Positions 8,580-16,373 of a stretch of DNA of 20,269 nt are shown piece after piece. Position numbers and translations under genes: made by a program. Every line of letters starts with the position of its first letter. Positions within the stretch are counted from its first letter, which is position 1. Origin of the DNA: a candidate division WOR-3 bacterium (GTDB taxonomy: Bacteria; Hydrothermota; Tepidihabitantia; Tepidihabitantales; Tepidihabitantaceae); NCBI GenBank assembly GCA_965648935.1, contig CBFGIY010000044.1, positions 1 to 20,269 of the forward strand, in the 5' to 3' direction. The notes beneath the pieces were generated by a model. The model was not told the origin of the DNA. It did no database searches and was given only the letters and a program-made list of their open reading frames with translations.

Positions 8580-8603
8580 CGGCGGCTCTCTCCTCCCTAG
8601 ACT
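8576..8603 (+). promoter_or_regulatory. Sigma70-type promoter of the GT4-GH130 operon
   Basis: TTGACG (8576-8581), 16-bp spacer, TAGACT (8598-8603); SD AAAGGAG precedes ATG 8637. Confidence 0.6.
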
Positions 8604-8636
8604 GAGAGCCTGCAGTTCCGCGAAAGGAGCCATCCA

Positions 8637-10904
8637 ATGGCGCGAAACGCCGGTTTGTCGTCCGTGGTGTTCTTCGGCAACTATGTGCCGCGGCAGTGCG
8701 GCATAGCGACTTTCACGACCGACATCTGCGAGTCGGTGGCGCGCGAGGCGCCCGAGCTCGAATGCTATGCCGTCGCGATGAACGACGTGCCCGAGGGGTA
8801 TAGCTACCCGAGCCGGGTGCGGTTCGAAGTGCGCCAGAACGACACCGAGGGCTATCGCCAGCTTGCCGATTTCCTCAACGTGGCCGGGGCGAGCGTGGTC
8901 TGCGTGCAGCACGAGTACGGCATTTTCGGCGGGCCGGCCGGGGCCGACCTGCTGCTGACCCTGCGCCGGCTGCGCGTGCCGATCGTGACGACCCTGCACA
9001 CTGTTCTGCGCGAGCCGAACGACGACCAGCGCCGCGTGATGGACGAGCTGTGCCGGCTGTCGGACCGTCTGGTGGTGATGAGCAACCGCGCGCTCGATTT
9101 TCTTTCCGACATCTGGCACGTGCCGGCCGAGAAGGTCGAGATGATTCACCACGGCATACCGGACATGCCTTTCGTCGACCCGGCGTTCTACAAGGACAAG
9201 TTCGGGGTCGAGGGCCGGCGCGTGGTGCTGACCTTCGGCCTGCTGTCGCCGAACAAGGGCATCGAGTACATGATCGACGCGCTGCCCGACCTCGTGCGGC
9301 GCTGGCCGGACCTGGTGTATGTCGTGCTCGGGGCAACCCATCCCCACGTCCGGCGCGAGCACGGCGAGGAGTATCGGCTCGGGCTGCAGCGCCGGGCGCG
9401 CGCTCTCGGGGTGCAGGACAACATCGTGTTCCACAACCGGTTCGTGGACATCGGCGAGCTGTGCGAGTTCCTCGGCGCGGCCGATGTCTACGTGACGCCC
9501 TACCTGACCGAGGCGCAGATAACCTCGGGCACGCTGGCCTACGCGATGGGTACGGGCAAGGCCGTGGTCTCGACGCCCTACTGGTACGCCGAGGAGATGC
9601 TGGCCGAGGGCCGCGGCGTGCTCGCGCCGTTCCGCGATTCGGCGGCGCTGGCGGCGCGCGTGGCCGAGCTTTTCGACAACGAGGTGGAGCGCCACGCGAT
9701 GCGCAAGCGGGCCTACACGCTGGGCCGTGAGATGATATGGAAGGAAGTCGCACGGCGCTACCTGGCGACTTTCCAGCGCGCCCGCGACGAGCGGCGCAGC
9801 GCGCCGCGCCTCATGGGCAAGACGCCGACCCTGGCCGCGCACGACATCGAGCTGCCCGAAGTCGATCTTTCCCACCTGCGGCGGATGACCGACGACGTCG
9901 GGATGCTGCAGCACGCCCGCGCCTCGATACCCAACTACGCCGAGGGCTACACGACCGACGACAACGCCCGGGCGCTGATGGTGGCGGTGGCCAGCCGCCA
10001 GCTCGGCCCGAGCGAGAGCGAGGTACGCAGCCTGGCGTCGCGCTACCTCGCGTTTCTCAACTACGCGTTCATTCCCGAGCTGGGCCGGTTCCACAACCTG
10101 ATGGGATATGACCGGCGCTGGCTTGACGAGTGCGGCTCGGAGGACTGCCACGGCCGCGCGATAATGAGTTTCGGGTGGGTGGTCAACCTGTCGCCGGACG
10201 AGGGGCTGGCAACCGCGGCGATGCACCTTCTGCAGGCGGCGCTGCCCGCGACCGAGATGTTCACCTCGCCTCGGGCCTGGGCCTACACGCTGCTCGGCTT
10301 GGACCATTACCTGCGCCGCTTCCCGGGCGATTCCGGCGCGCGGCGGATGCGCGAGGTGCTGGCCGAGCGGCTGCACGGGCTGTATCGCGCCACCGCGGGC
10401 GAGGGCTGGCACTGGTTCGAGAACACGGTCAGCTACGCCAATGCCCGACTCGCCCACGCGCTGCTGGTGGCGGGCAAGGCGATGGGCAATGACGAGATCG
10501 TGCGCGACGCGCTCGCGGCGCTGGAGTGGCTCTGCGCCGAAACCACCGCACCGGACGGCCACTTCGTGCCGATCGGCTCGAACGGCTGGTACCGGCGCGG
10601 CGGCACGCGGGCGCGGTTTGCCCAGCAGCCGATCGAGGCGCAGACGACAATCGACGCCTGCCGCGCCGCTTTCCAGGCGACGCGCGACGAGAAGTGGTGG
10701 CGGCACATGGTCGCGGCGTTCGAGTGGTTCTTCGGGCGCAACGACCTCGGTCTGCCGTTGTACGACTATGCGACCGGCGGCTGCCACGACGGGCTTGAGC
10801 CGGACCGGGTAAGCCTGAACCAGGGCGCGGAGTCCGTGCTTTCGTACCTGCTTGCCCGGCTCGCGATGGGCCGGACCAAGCTGCTCATCGGGGAGGCAAG
10901 GTGA
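8637..10904 (+). CDS. Glycosyltransferase family 4 fused to a C-terminal six-hairpin glycosidase-like domain
   Basis: GNYVPRQCGIATF, QHEYGIFGG, TTLHT, TFGLLSPNKGIE, PYLTEAQITSGTLAYA. C-terminal domain carries TDDVGMLQHA, GYTTDDNARA, SEDCHGRA, WFE...YANARL, FAQQPIE, GGCHDGL, NQGAES. Confidence 0.88.
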   Translation: MARNAGLSSVVFFGNYVPRQCGIATFTTDICESVAREAPELECYAVAMNDVPEGYSYPSRVRFEVRQNDTEGYRQLADFLNVAGASVVCVQHEYGIFGGPAGADLLLTLRRLRVPIVTTLHTVLREPNDDQRRVMDELCRLSDRLVVMSNRALDFLSDIWHVPAEKVEMIHHGIPDMPFVDPAFYKDKFGVEGRRVVLTFGLLSPNKGIEYMIDALPDLVRRWPDLVYVVLGATHPHVRREHGEEYRLGLQRRARALGVQDNIVFHNRFVDIGELCEFLGAADVYVTPYLTEAQITSGTLAYAMGTGKAVVSTPYWYAEEMLAEGRGVLAPFRDSAALAARVAELFDNEVERHAMRKRAYTLGREMIWKEVARRYLATFQRARDERRSAPRLMGKTPTLAAHDIELPEVDLSHLRRMTDDVGMLQHARASIPNYAEGYTTDDNARALMVAVASRQLGPSESEVRSLASRYLAFLNYAFIPELGRFHNLMGYDRRWLDECGSEDCHGRAIMSFGWVVNLSPDEGLATAAMHLLQAALPATEMFTSPRAWAYTLLGLDHYLRRFPGDSGARRMREVLAERLHGLYRATAGEGWHWFENTVSYANARLAHALLVAGKAMGNDEIVRDALAALEWLCAETTAPDGHFVPIGSNGWYRRGGTRARFAQQPIEAQTTIDACRAAFQATRDEKWWRHMVAAFEWFFGRNDLGLPLYDYATGGCHDGLEPDRVSLNQGAESVLSYLLARLAMGRTKLLIGEAR

Positions 10905-11863
10905 CGGCGGCGAACGGTCTGCTCGTCCGGGTCGGAGCCGGTCCGATTCTGAGCGCGGCTGACTGGCCGCACACGGTCAACGCGGTGTTCAACCCGGGCG
11001 CGGTGCGGCTGCGCGACGGCACGACGCTGCTGCTTTGCCGGGTCGAGGACCGGCGCGGGATTTCTTCACTCTGGGCCGCGCGTTCGGCCAACGGCACTGA
11101 CGGCTGGCAGATAGACCCGGAGCCGACCTTCCCGCCGGACCCGGCCAACCATCCGGAAGAGCTGTGGGGCGTCGAAGACCCGCGCATCGTGTGGCTCGAA
11201 GAAGAGGGCCGGTACGCGGTGACATACACCGCCTACTCGCCGGCCGGACCCGCGGTCGCGCTTGCCCTGACCGAGGACTTCCGGCGGTTCGAGCGGATCG
11301 GCGTCGTGATGCCGCCCGAGGACAAGGACGCGGCGCTCCTGCCGCGGCGGTTCGGCGGCAACTGGCTGATGGTGCACCGGCCGACCACTGGCCTGGGCGC
11401 GGGCATCTGGCTGGCCGAGTCGCCCGACCTCGTGCACTGGGGCCGGCACCGGGCGATGCTGGTGCCGCGGCGCGGGGCGTGGTGGGACGCGAACAAGATA
11501 GGTTTGAGCGGCCCGCTCATCGAGACCGAGCGCGGCTGGCTCGTCATCTACCACGGCGTGCGGCAGACCGCGGCCGGCTGCCTGTACCGGCAGGGACTCG
11601 CCCTGTTCGACCGCGCCGCGCCCGACCGGTGCCTGCGCCGCGGCGACGAGTGGGTGATGGGACCGCGCGAGACATGGGAGCGGATGGGCGATGTCGGCGA
11701 CGTGGTGTTTGTCTGCGGCGCGACGCTCGAGAACGACGGCGACACGCTCAATGTCTACTACGGCGCGGCCGACACCTGCATCGGCCTGGCGCGGGGCAAA
11801 GTCAGCGAAATGCTTGACTGGCTTGACAGCCACAGCGGGGGAGAGTGCCCGCGCAACGGCTGA
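10901..11863 (+). CDS. Glycoside hydrolase family 130 protein (beta-mannoside phosphorylase-like five-bladed propeller)
   Basis: NAVFNPGA, GVEDPRI, YTAYS, DKDAALLP, HRP, KIG, YHGV, VVFVCG, YYGAADT; GTGA overlap with the GT4 stop. Confidence 0.9.
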   Translation: MTAANGLLVRVGAGPILSAADWPHTVNAVFNPGAVRLRDGTTLLLCRVEDRRGISSLWAARSANGTDGWQIDPEPTFPPDPANHPEELWGVEDPRIVWLEEEGRYAVTYTAYSPAGPAVALALTEDFRRFERIGVVMPPEDKDAALLPRRFGGNWLMVHRPTTGLGAGIWLAESPDLVHWGRHRAMLVPRRGAWWDANKIGLSGPLIETERGWLVIYHGVRQTAAGCLYRQGLALFDRAAPDRCLRRGDEWVMGPRETWERMGDVGDVVFVCGATLENDGDTLNVYYGAADTCIGLARGKVSEMLDWLDSHSGGECPRNG

Positions 11864-11864
11864 T

Positions 11865-11892
11865 TTGACGCGCCCGGAAGGCGTCCTATAAT
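11865..11892 (+). promoter_or_regulatory. Near-consensus sigma70 promoter of valS, probably leaderless
   Basis: TTGACG (11865-11870), 16-bp spacer, TATAAT (11887-11892), 8 nt, GTG at 11901; no SD. Confidence 0.8.
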
Positions 11893-11900
11893 CCGGCGTC

Positions 11901-14519
11901 GTGACTGATACCAAACCGGCTGATTTCCCCGCCAGGTACGACCCCAGACCGGTCGAGCAGAAGTGGTACCGGCACTGGGAGGAGAGCGGCCTTTTCACCG
12001 CGAACCCGGCGTCGGCCAAGCCCAAGTTCTCGATCGTCATCCCGCCGCCGAACATCACCGGCTCGCTGCACGTCGGCCACGCGCTGAACAACACCCTGCA
12101 GGACGCGCAGATACGGTTCAAGAAGCTTCAGGGCTACGAAACGCTGTGGCTGCCCGGCACCGACCACGCGAGCATCGGCACGCACACGCATCTTGACCGG
12201 GCCCTGGCCAGGGAGGGCACGGATCGGTTCAAGCTCGGGCGCGAGGAGTTTCTCAAGCGCGCGTGGGCGTGGAAAGAGCAGTACGGCACGCGCATCGTCG
12301 AGCAGCTCAAGCTGCTGGGTTGCGCCTGCGACTGGACCCGGTTGCGGTTCACGATGGACGAGACCTGCTCGCGGGCGGTGCGCGAGGCGTTCGTGCGCTA
12401 CTACGAGGACGGGCTCATCTACCGCGGCACGCGCATCGTCAACTGGTGCCCGCGCTGCCACACCGCGGTGTCCGACCTCGAGGTCAAGCACAAGGACTCA
12501 AGCAGTCACTGGTGGTACATCCGCTACCCGTTCGCCGCCGGCGGCGGGCACGTTGTCGTTGCCACGACGCGGCCCGAGACGATGCTGGGCGACACCGCGG
12601 TCGCGGTGAACCCCGGCGACAGCCGGTACAGGGGCATCGTCGGGCGGAAGCTCCTGCTACCGCTGACCGGGCGCGAGATACCGGTCGTCGCGGACGAAGC
12701 GGTGCTTTCCGAGTTCGGCACCGGCGCGGTGAAGGTGACCCCGGCGCACGACGCGGCCGACTTCGAGATCGGCCGCCGGCACGGGCTTGACGTCATCACG
12801 GTCATCGGCGAGGACGCGCGGATGACCGATGCGGCGCCCGAGGCCTACCGCGGCCTGTCGCGCGAGGAGTGCCGCAGGCGGGTGGTCGAGGACCTCGAGG
12901 CGCAGGGGCTGCTGGAGAAGACCGAGCCGTACAAGCTCAGCGTGAGCACCTGCGAGCGGTGCGGCACCGTGGTCGAACCGCTGGTCTCGGAGCAGTGGTT
13001 CGTGCGGATGGCCGAGCTGGTCAAGCCGGCGATCGAGGTCGTCGAGTCGGGCCGCATCAGGTTCATCCCGGAGCGCTGGAACAAGGTCTATCTTGACTGG
13101 ATGTACAACATCCGCGACTGGTGCATCTCGCGCCAGCTCTGGTGGGGACACCGGATACCGGTCTGGTACTGCGAGTGCGGCGAGACCATCGTCAGCCGCA
13201 CCGATCCGGCCGAGTGTCCGAAGTGCCGTTCGCGCGCGCTGCGCCAGGACGAGGACATTCTCGACACGTGGTTCTCCTCGGCGCTCTGGCCGTTCTCGAC
13301 GATGGGCTGGCCCGAGAGGACCGCGGAGCTGGCCCGGTTCTATCCGACTGATTTTCTTTCGACCGCGCCGGACATCATCTTCCTGTGGGTCGCGCGGATG
13401 GTTTTCTCGGGGATGCGCTTCATGGGCGACATCCCGTTCTCTCGCGTCTATTTCCATTCGTTCATCCTCGTCGAGTCGGGCGAGCGGATGAGCCGGTCCA
13501 AGGGCGTGGGCATCGACCCGGTGGACATGTTCGAGAAGTACGGCACCGACGCGGTCCGGTTCACACTCGCCTACCTGGAGAGCCAATCGCAGAGCTACCG
13601 GCTGAGCGAGAAGCGGTTCGAGTTCGGCCGCAACTTCGCCAACAAGGTCTGGAACGCGGCGCGGCTGCTCTCGCCGCACATCGGGCCGGACCCCGGCGCG
13701 CGGCCGCGGCTCGACCCGGTCGACGAATGGGTCATAGGTCGGTTCAACGCGGTGCGCGACGCGGCGACGCGCGGACTGGACGCCTGCACGTACTCGACCG
13801 TCGCGGCCGGGCTGTACGAGTTTTTCTGGCACGAGCTGTGTGACTGGTATCTCGAATTCGCCAAGCTCAGGCTCAAGGCCGACGACCCGGCCTGCCGCTG
13901 GACAGTCTATCACGTGCTGCGCGGCACGCTGCAGCTGCTGCACCCGTTCATGCCGTTCATCACCGAGGAACTCTGGCACCGGCTGGGCTTTGCCGAGGCC
14001 GGTTCGATAATGCAGTCCAGCTGGCCCGAGCCGCTCGCAGTCGACGAGGGGCAGACCGGGCTGGTCGAAACGATGCGCGAACTGATCGTCGCGGTGCGCA
14101 ACATCCGGGCCGAGATGAACGTGCCCAAGAAGGTTGCGGTGCCGGCGATAGTGCAGCGGGCCGATGCGCGGCTGGCCGAGTTCCTGAGGGAACGCGAGGC
14201 GCTGGTGCGCGAGGAGGCCGGGGTCTCGGCTCTGGAGTTTTCCGACCGCCGGCCGGCCAGGTCCTCGCTGGCCGTGATCGCGGGCTGCGAGGTCCTGGTG
14301 CCGCTGGAGGGCATTGTGGATTTCGAGCGCGAGGCGGCGCGCATCCGCAAGGACATCGAGGAGCTCAAGCGGCTGGTCGGCGCCATCGACGCCAAGTTCG
14401 CCAACCCGGACTTCGCGGCCCGGGCCAGGTCCGAGGTCGTCGAATCCGAGCGGCAGCGCCGCGCCGAGCTCGCAACGAGACTCGAACGGCTCGAGCGCCA
14501 GGCAGCGAGCTGGGGGTAA
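11901..14519 (+). CDS. valS: Valine--tRNA ligase
   Basis: PPPNITGSLHVGH (HIGH), PGTDHA, ATTRPETMLGD, GTGAVKVTPAHD (editing domain), DWCISRQLWWGHRIP, DTWFSS, RMSRS (KMSKS equivalent), YGTDAVR, C-terminal coiled-coil arm. Confidence 0.97.
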   Translation: MTDTKPADFPARYDPRPVEQKWYRHWEESGLFTANPASAKPKFSIVIPPPNITGSLHVGHALNNTLQDAQIRFKKLQGYETLWLPGTDHASIGTHTHLDRALAREGTDRFKLGREEFLKRAWAWKEQYGTRIVEQLKLLGCACDWTRLRFTMDETCSRAVREAFVRYYEDGLIYRGTRIVNWCPRCHTAVSDLEVKHKDSSSHWWYIRYPFAAGGGHVVVATTRPETMLGDTAVAVNPGDSRYRGIVGRKLLLPLTGREIPVVADEAVLSEFGTGAVKVTPAHDAADFEIGRRHGLDVITVIGEDARMTDAAPEAYRGLSREECRRRVVEDLEAQGLLEKTEPYKLSVSTCERCGTVVEPLVSEQWFVRMAELVKPAIEVVESGRIRFIPERWNKVYLDWMYNIRDWCISRQLWWGHRIPVWYCECGETIVSRTDPAECPKCRSRALRQDEDILDTWFSSALWPFSTMGWPERTAELARFYPTDFLSTAPDIIFLWVARMVFSGMRFMGDIPFSRVYFHSFILVESGERMSRSKGVGIDPVDMFEKYGTDAVRFTLAYLESQSQSYRLSEKRFEFGRNFANKVWNAARLLSPHIGPDPGARPRLDPVDEWVIGRFNAVRDAATRGLDACTYSTVAAGLYEFFWHELCDWYLEFAKLRLKADDPACRWTVYHVLRGTLQLLHPFMPFITEELWHRLGFAEAGSIMQSSWPEPLAVDEGQTGLVETMRELIVAVRNIRAEMNVPKKVAVPAIVQRADARLAEFLREREALVREEAGVSALEFSDRRPARSSLAVIAGCEVLVPLEGIVDFEREAARIRKDIEELKRLVGAIDAKFANPDFAARARSEVVESERQRRAELATRLERLERQAASWG

Positions 14520-14522
14520 GCG

Positions 14523-15071
14523 ATGCGGTCAATGTGGAGCAGTTCGGGCTGGGCATTGTTCCTTCTGCTGGCGGCGGGGTTCCTGCTGTTCTACAACTTC
14601 GCCTACGTGCCGCGCAACGAGACGGTCCGGCGCCAGCAGACCGAAATCTCGATGTGGCTGGGTCAGGTCGAGGCCCTGACCGACAGCCTCGCGGCGCTGC
14701 GGTCGGGCGGCGACACCGCGCTATCGGCGAGTTTCACCTGGCCCGAGCTGTTTGCCCCGGGCGACGAGCCGAAGGTGAGCAAGGAGGGCGAGGCCGCGCT
14801 GCGGACCTACCTGCCGACGCTGCAAGCGAGCCTCGGCCCGATAGTCATCATCGGCCACACCGACAGCGGCAACCGCGGCAAGGAGGCAGGCACCTGGGAG
14901 CACGGCGCGGCGCGCGCCGCGGCCGTGGGCCGGACCCTGCTGGCCTTCGGTATCCAGCCCGGCCGGGTGACGATCGTCAGCGCGGGCGAGACCAGGCCTG
15001 CGGCTGACAACAACACGCCGGCCGGCCGGGCCGCGAACCGGCGCATAGAACTCATCCTGCTCAAGCAGTGA
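14523..15071 (+). CDS. OmpA/MotB C-terminal (peptidoglycan-binding) domain protein with N-terminal membrane anchor
   Basis: N-terminal TM segment WALFLLLAAGFLLF; IIGHTDS, ARAAAV, GETRPAADNNTPAGRAANRRIE. Confidence 0.85.
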   Translation: MRSMWSSSGWALFLLLAAGFLLFYNFAYVPRNETVRRQQTEISMWLGQVEALTDSLAALRSGGDTALSASFTWPELFAPGDEPKVSKEGEAALRTYLPTLQASLGPIVIIGHTDSGNRGKEAGTWEHGAARAAAVGRTLLAFGIQPGRVTIVSAGETRPAADNNTPAGRAANRRIELILLKQ

Positions 15072-15565
15072 CAACCCGCATCGCGCTGGCCGCTCTTGCG
15101 CTGGCCGCGTGCTGTCTTGGCCAGCCGGCGTTGCCGGACTCGGCCGGGCGACCGCAGGCCGGCAAGGCGGCAGAGCGCCGGTCGCCGGGCCTGGCAATGG
15201 CGCTGTCCCTGGTCGTGCCGGGCGGCGGCCAGGTCTATACCGGGCAGTACTGGAAGGCGGCGGCAATCGCCCCGGTCGAGGTCGGGCTGGGCTGGCTTGC
15301 CCTGCGTCAGCACAACTTCGCGCGCCGTTCGCTTGCGGCCGGCGACACCACGGCGTACCGGTTTCACCGCGACTGGCGGACAACCTGGCTGTGGTGGACC
15401 GGCGCGGTTGTCGTGTTCTCGATGGCCGACGCTTACGTGTCGGCGCGGCTGTTCGGGTTCGAGCGGCAGATGCAGTTCGCGGACAGCGCCGAACGCCTGC
15501 GGGCCGGGCGACGGCTCGGGGTCGAACTTGGCCCGGCCCGGGCCGGGCTGGCATTGGAGTTCTAG
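15068..15565 (+). CDS. Membrane/exported protein, DUF5683-like
   Basis: GTGA overlap; signal-like N-terminus; RRSPGLAMALSLVVPGGGQVYTGQYWKA and C-terminal SMADAYVSARLFGF pattern. Confidence 0.7.
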   Translation: MTTRIALAALALAACCLGQPALPDSAGRPQAGKAAERRSPGLAMALSLVVPGGGQVYTGQYWKAAAIAPVEVGLGWLALRQHNFARRSLAAGDTTAYRFHRDWRTTWLWWTGAVVVFSMADAYVSARLFGFERQMQFADSAERLRAGRRLGVELGPARAGLALEF

Positions 15566-15566
15566 C

Positions 15567-16280
15567 GTGGCGGATTTCGCGCTGTTTGCCGGGCGGTTCA
15601 GGATTGGCGATGTCCTGACCGCGGTGCTTGAGCTGGCCGGCCCGGAGCCGGCCGCGCCCGAACCATTCTCTGCGCCGCCGGCCGAGAATCCGGCCTGGGG
15701 CGCGGCCTGGGTGTACGGCAACCGGCTCGAGGTGGTCCGGTCGGCGCATCATCCGGGGTCAGACCCGGAGTTCCGCAGGCTGGGCGACATCCGCACTGAT
15801 ATGGTCATGTTCCACACCACGGCGCGGGAACGGCCGGGCGTGCGCGAGATGCTGCCGTTCCTGCGCCGCGACGGCGAGCGGCAGTGGGCTTTCTGTCACG
15901 CCGGCGCGCTGCGCAGCCCCGAGCGGCTCGATACCGGCGGAAGGATAGTCGACAGCCGCAACCCGAGCGAGCGGCTCTTTCTGCACATTCTGTCGGGGAT
16001 GGATCCCGATGACCCGGTCGCTTCGGTGGAGCGCACGCTCGAGGGCCTCGCCGGCGAGCCCGAATTGAGCTTCCTGCTGCTCAGCGCCGAGATGCTTGTC
16101 GCGAGCTCACGGTACGAGGCCGAGCCGGGCGGTGGAAGGCCCGGGAGCGGCCTGTGGTTCGGTGCCGGCGAGCTGATGCGGGTGATTGCGACCCGCCGCC
16201 TGGAGTCGGCCGACGTGGGCTGGGACACGATGGCCAACGGCGCGGTCTGCGCGATCAGCCGCAAGCGGTGGGAGCTCTAA
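15567..16280 (+). CDS. Class II glutamine amidotransferase-like (YafJ/EgtC-type Ntn fold) protein, catalytically degenerate
   Basis: GTG at 15567 after GGAG. ENPAWGAAW, MFHTT...MLPF, WAFCHAGAL and NPSERLFLHIL align by eye to the family's DGWG, H..A.....HPF, FxHNG and TDSE motifs. No N-terminal Cys. Confidence 0.65.
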   Translation: MADFALFAGRFRIGDVLTAVLELAGPEPAAPEPFSAPPAENPAWGAAWVYGNRLEVVRSAHHPGSDPEFRRLGDIRTDMVMFHTTARERPGVREMLPFLRRDGERQWAFCHAGALRSPERLDTGGRIVDSRNPSERLFLHILSGMDPDDPVASVERTLEGLAGEPELSFLLLSAEMLVASSRYEAEPGGGRPGSGLWFGAGELMRVIATRRLESADVGWDTMANGAVCAISRKRWEL

Positions 16281-16320
16281 GCCCTCCGCTCCTGTCCGTC
16301 ACTCTCTGACCATTGTCCCT

Positions 16321-16346
16321 GCAAAACAGAACGGCCCGAAGGCCGT
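16321..16346 (-). terminator. Rho-independent terminator downstream of pilT
   Basis: Minus strand reads ACGGCC-TTCG-GGCCGT (cUUCGg tetraloop) followed by TCTGTTTTGC, 27 nt after the pilT stop, between convergent genes. Confidence 0.75.
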
Positions 16347-16373
16347 CAGTCGTCGGTCGCGCGCGAACGCGGC

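Noticed and set aside
7857..10787. 976-aa antisense ORF
   Set aside because: It is a shadow of the well-supported DedA and GT4 genes. High GC3 suppresses stops on the opposite strand, and it has no recognisable motifs.
5190..16280. Ergothioneine pathway (EgtE-like PLP enzyme, methyltransferase, EgtC-like protein)
   Set aside because: The methyltransferase is CCoAOMT-type rather than EgtD, the EgtC-like protein lacks its catalytic Cys, the genes are in separate operons, and there is no EgtB/EanB.
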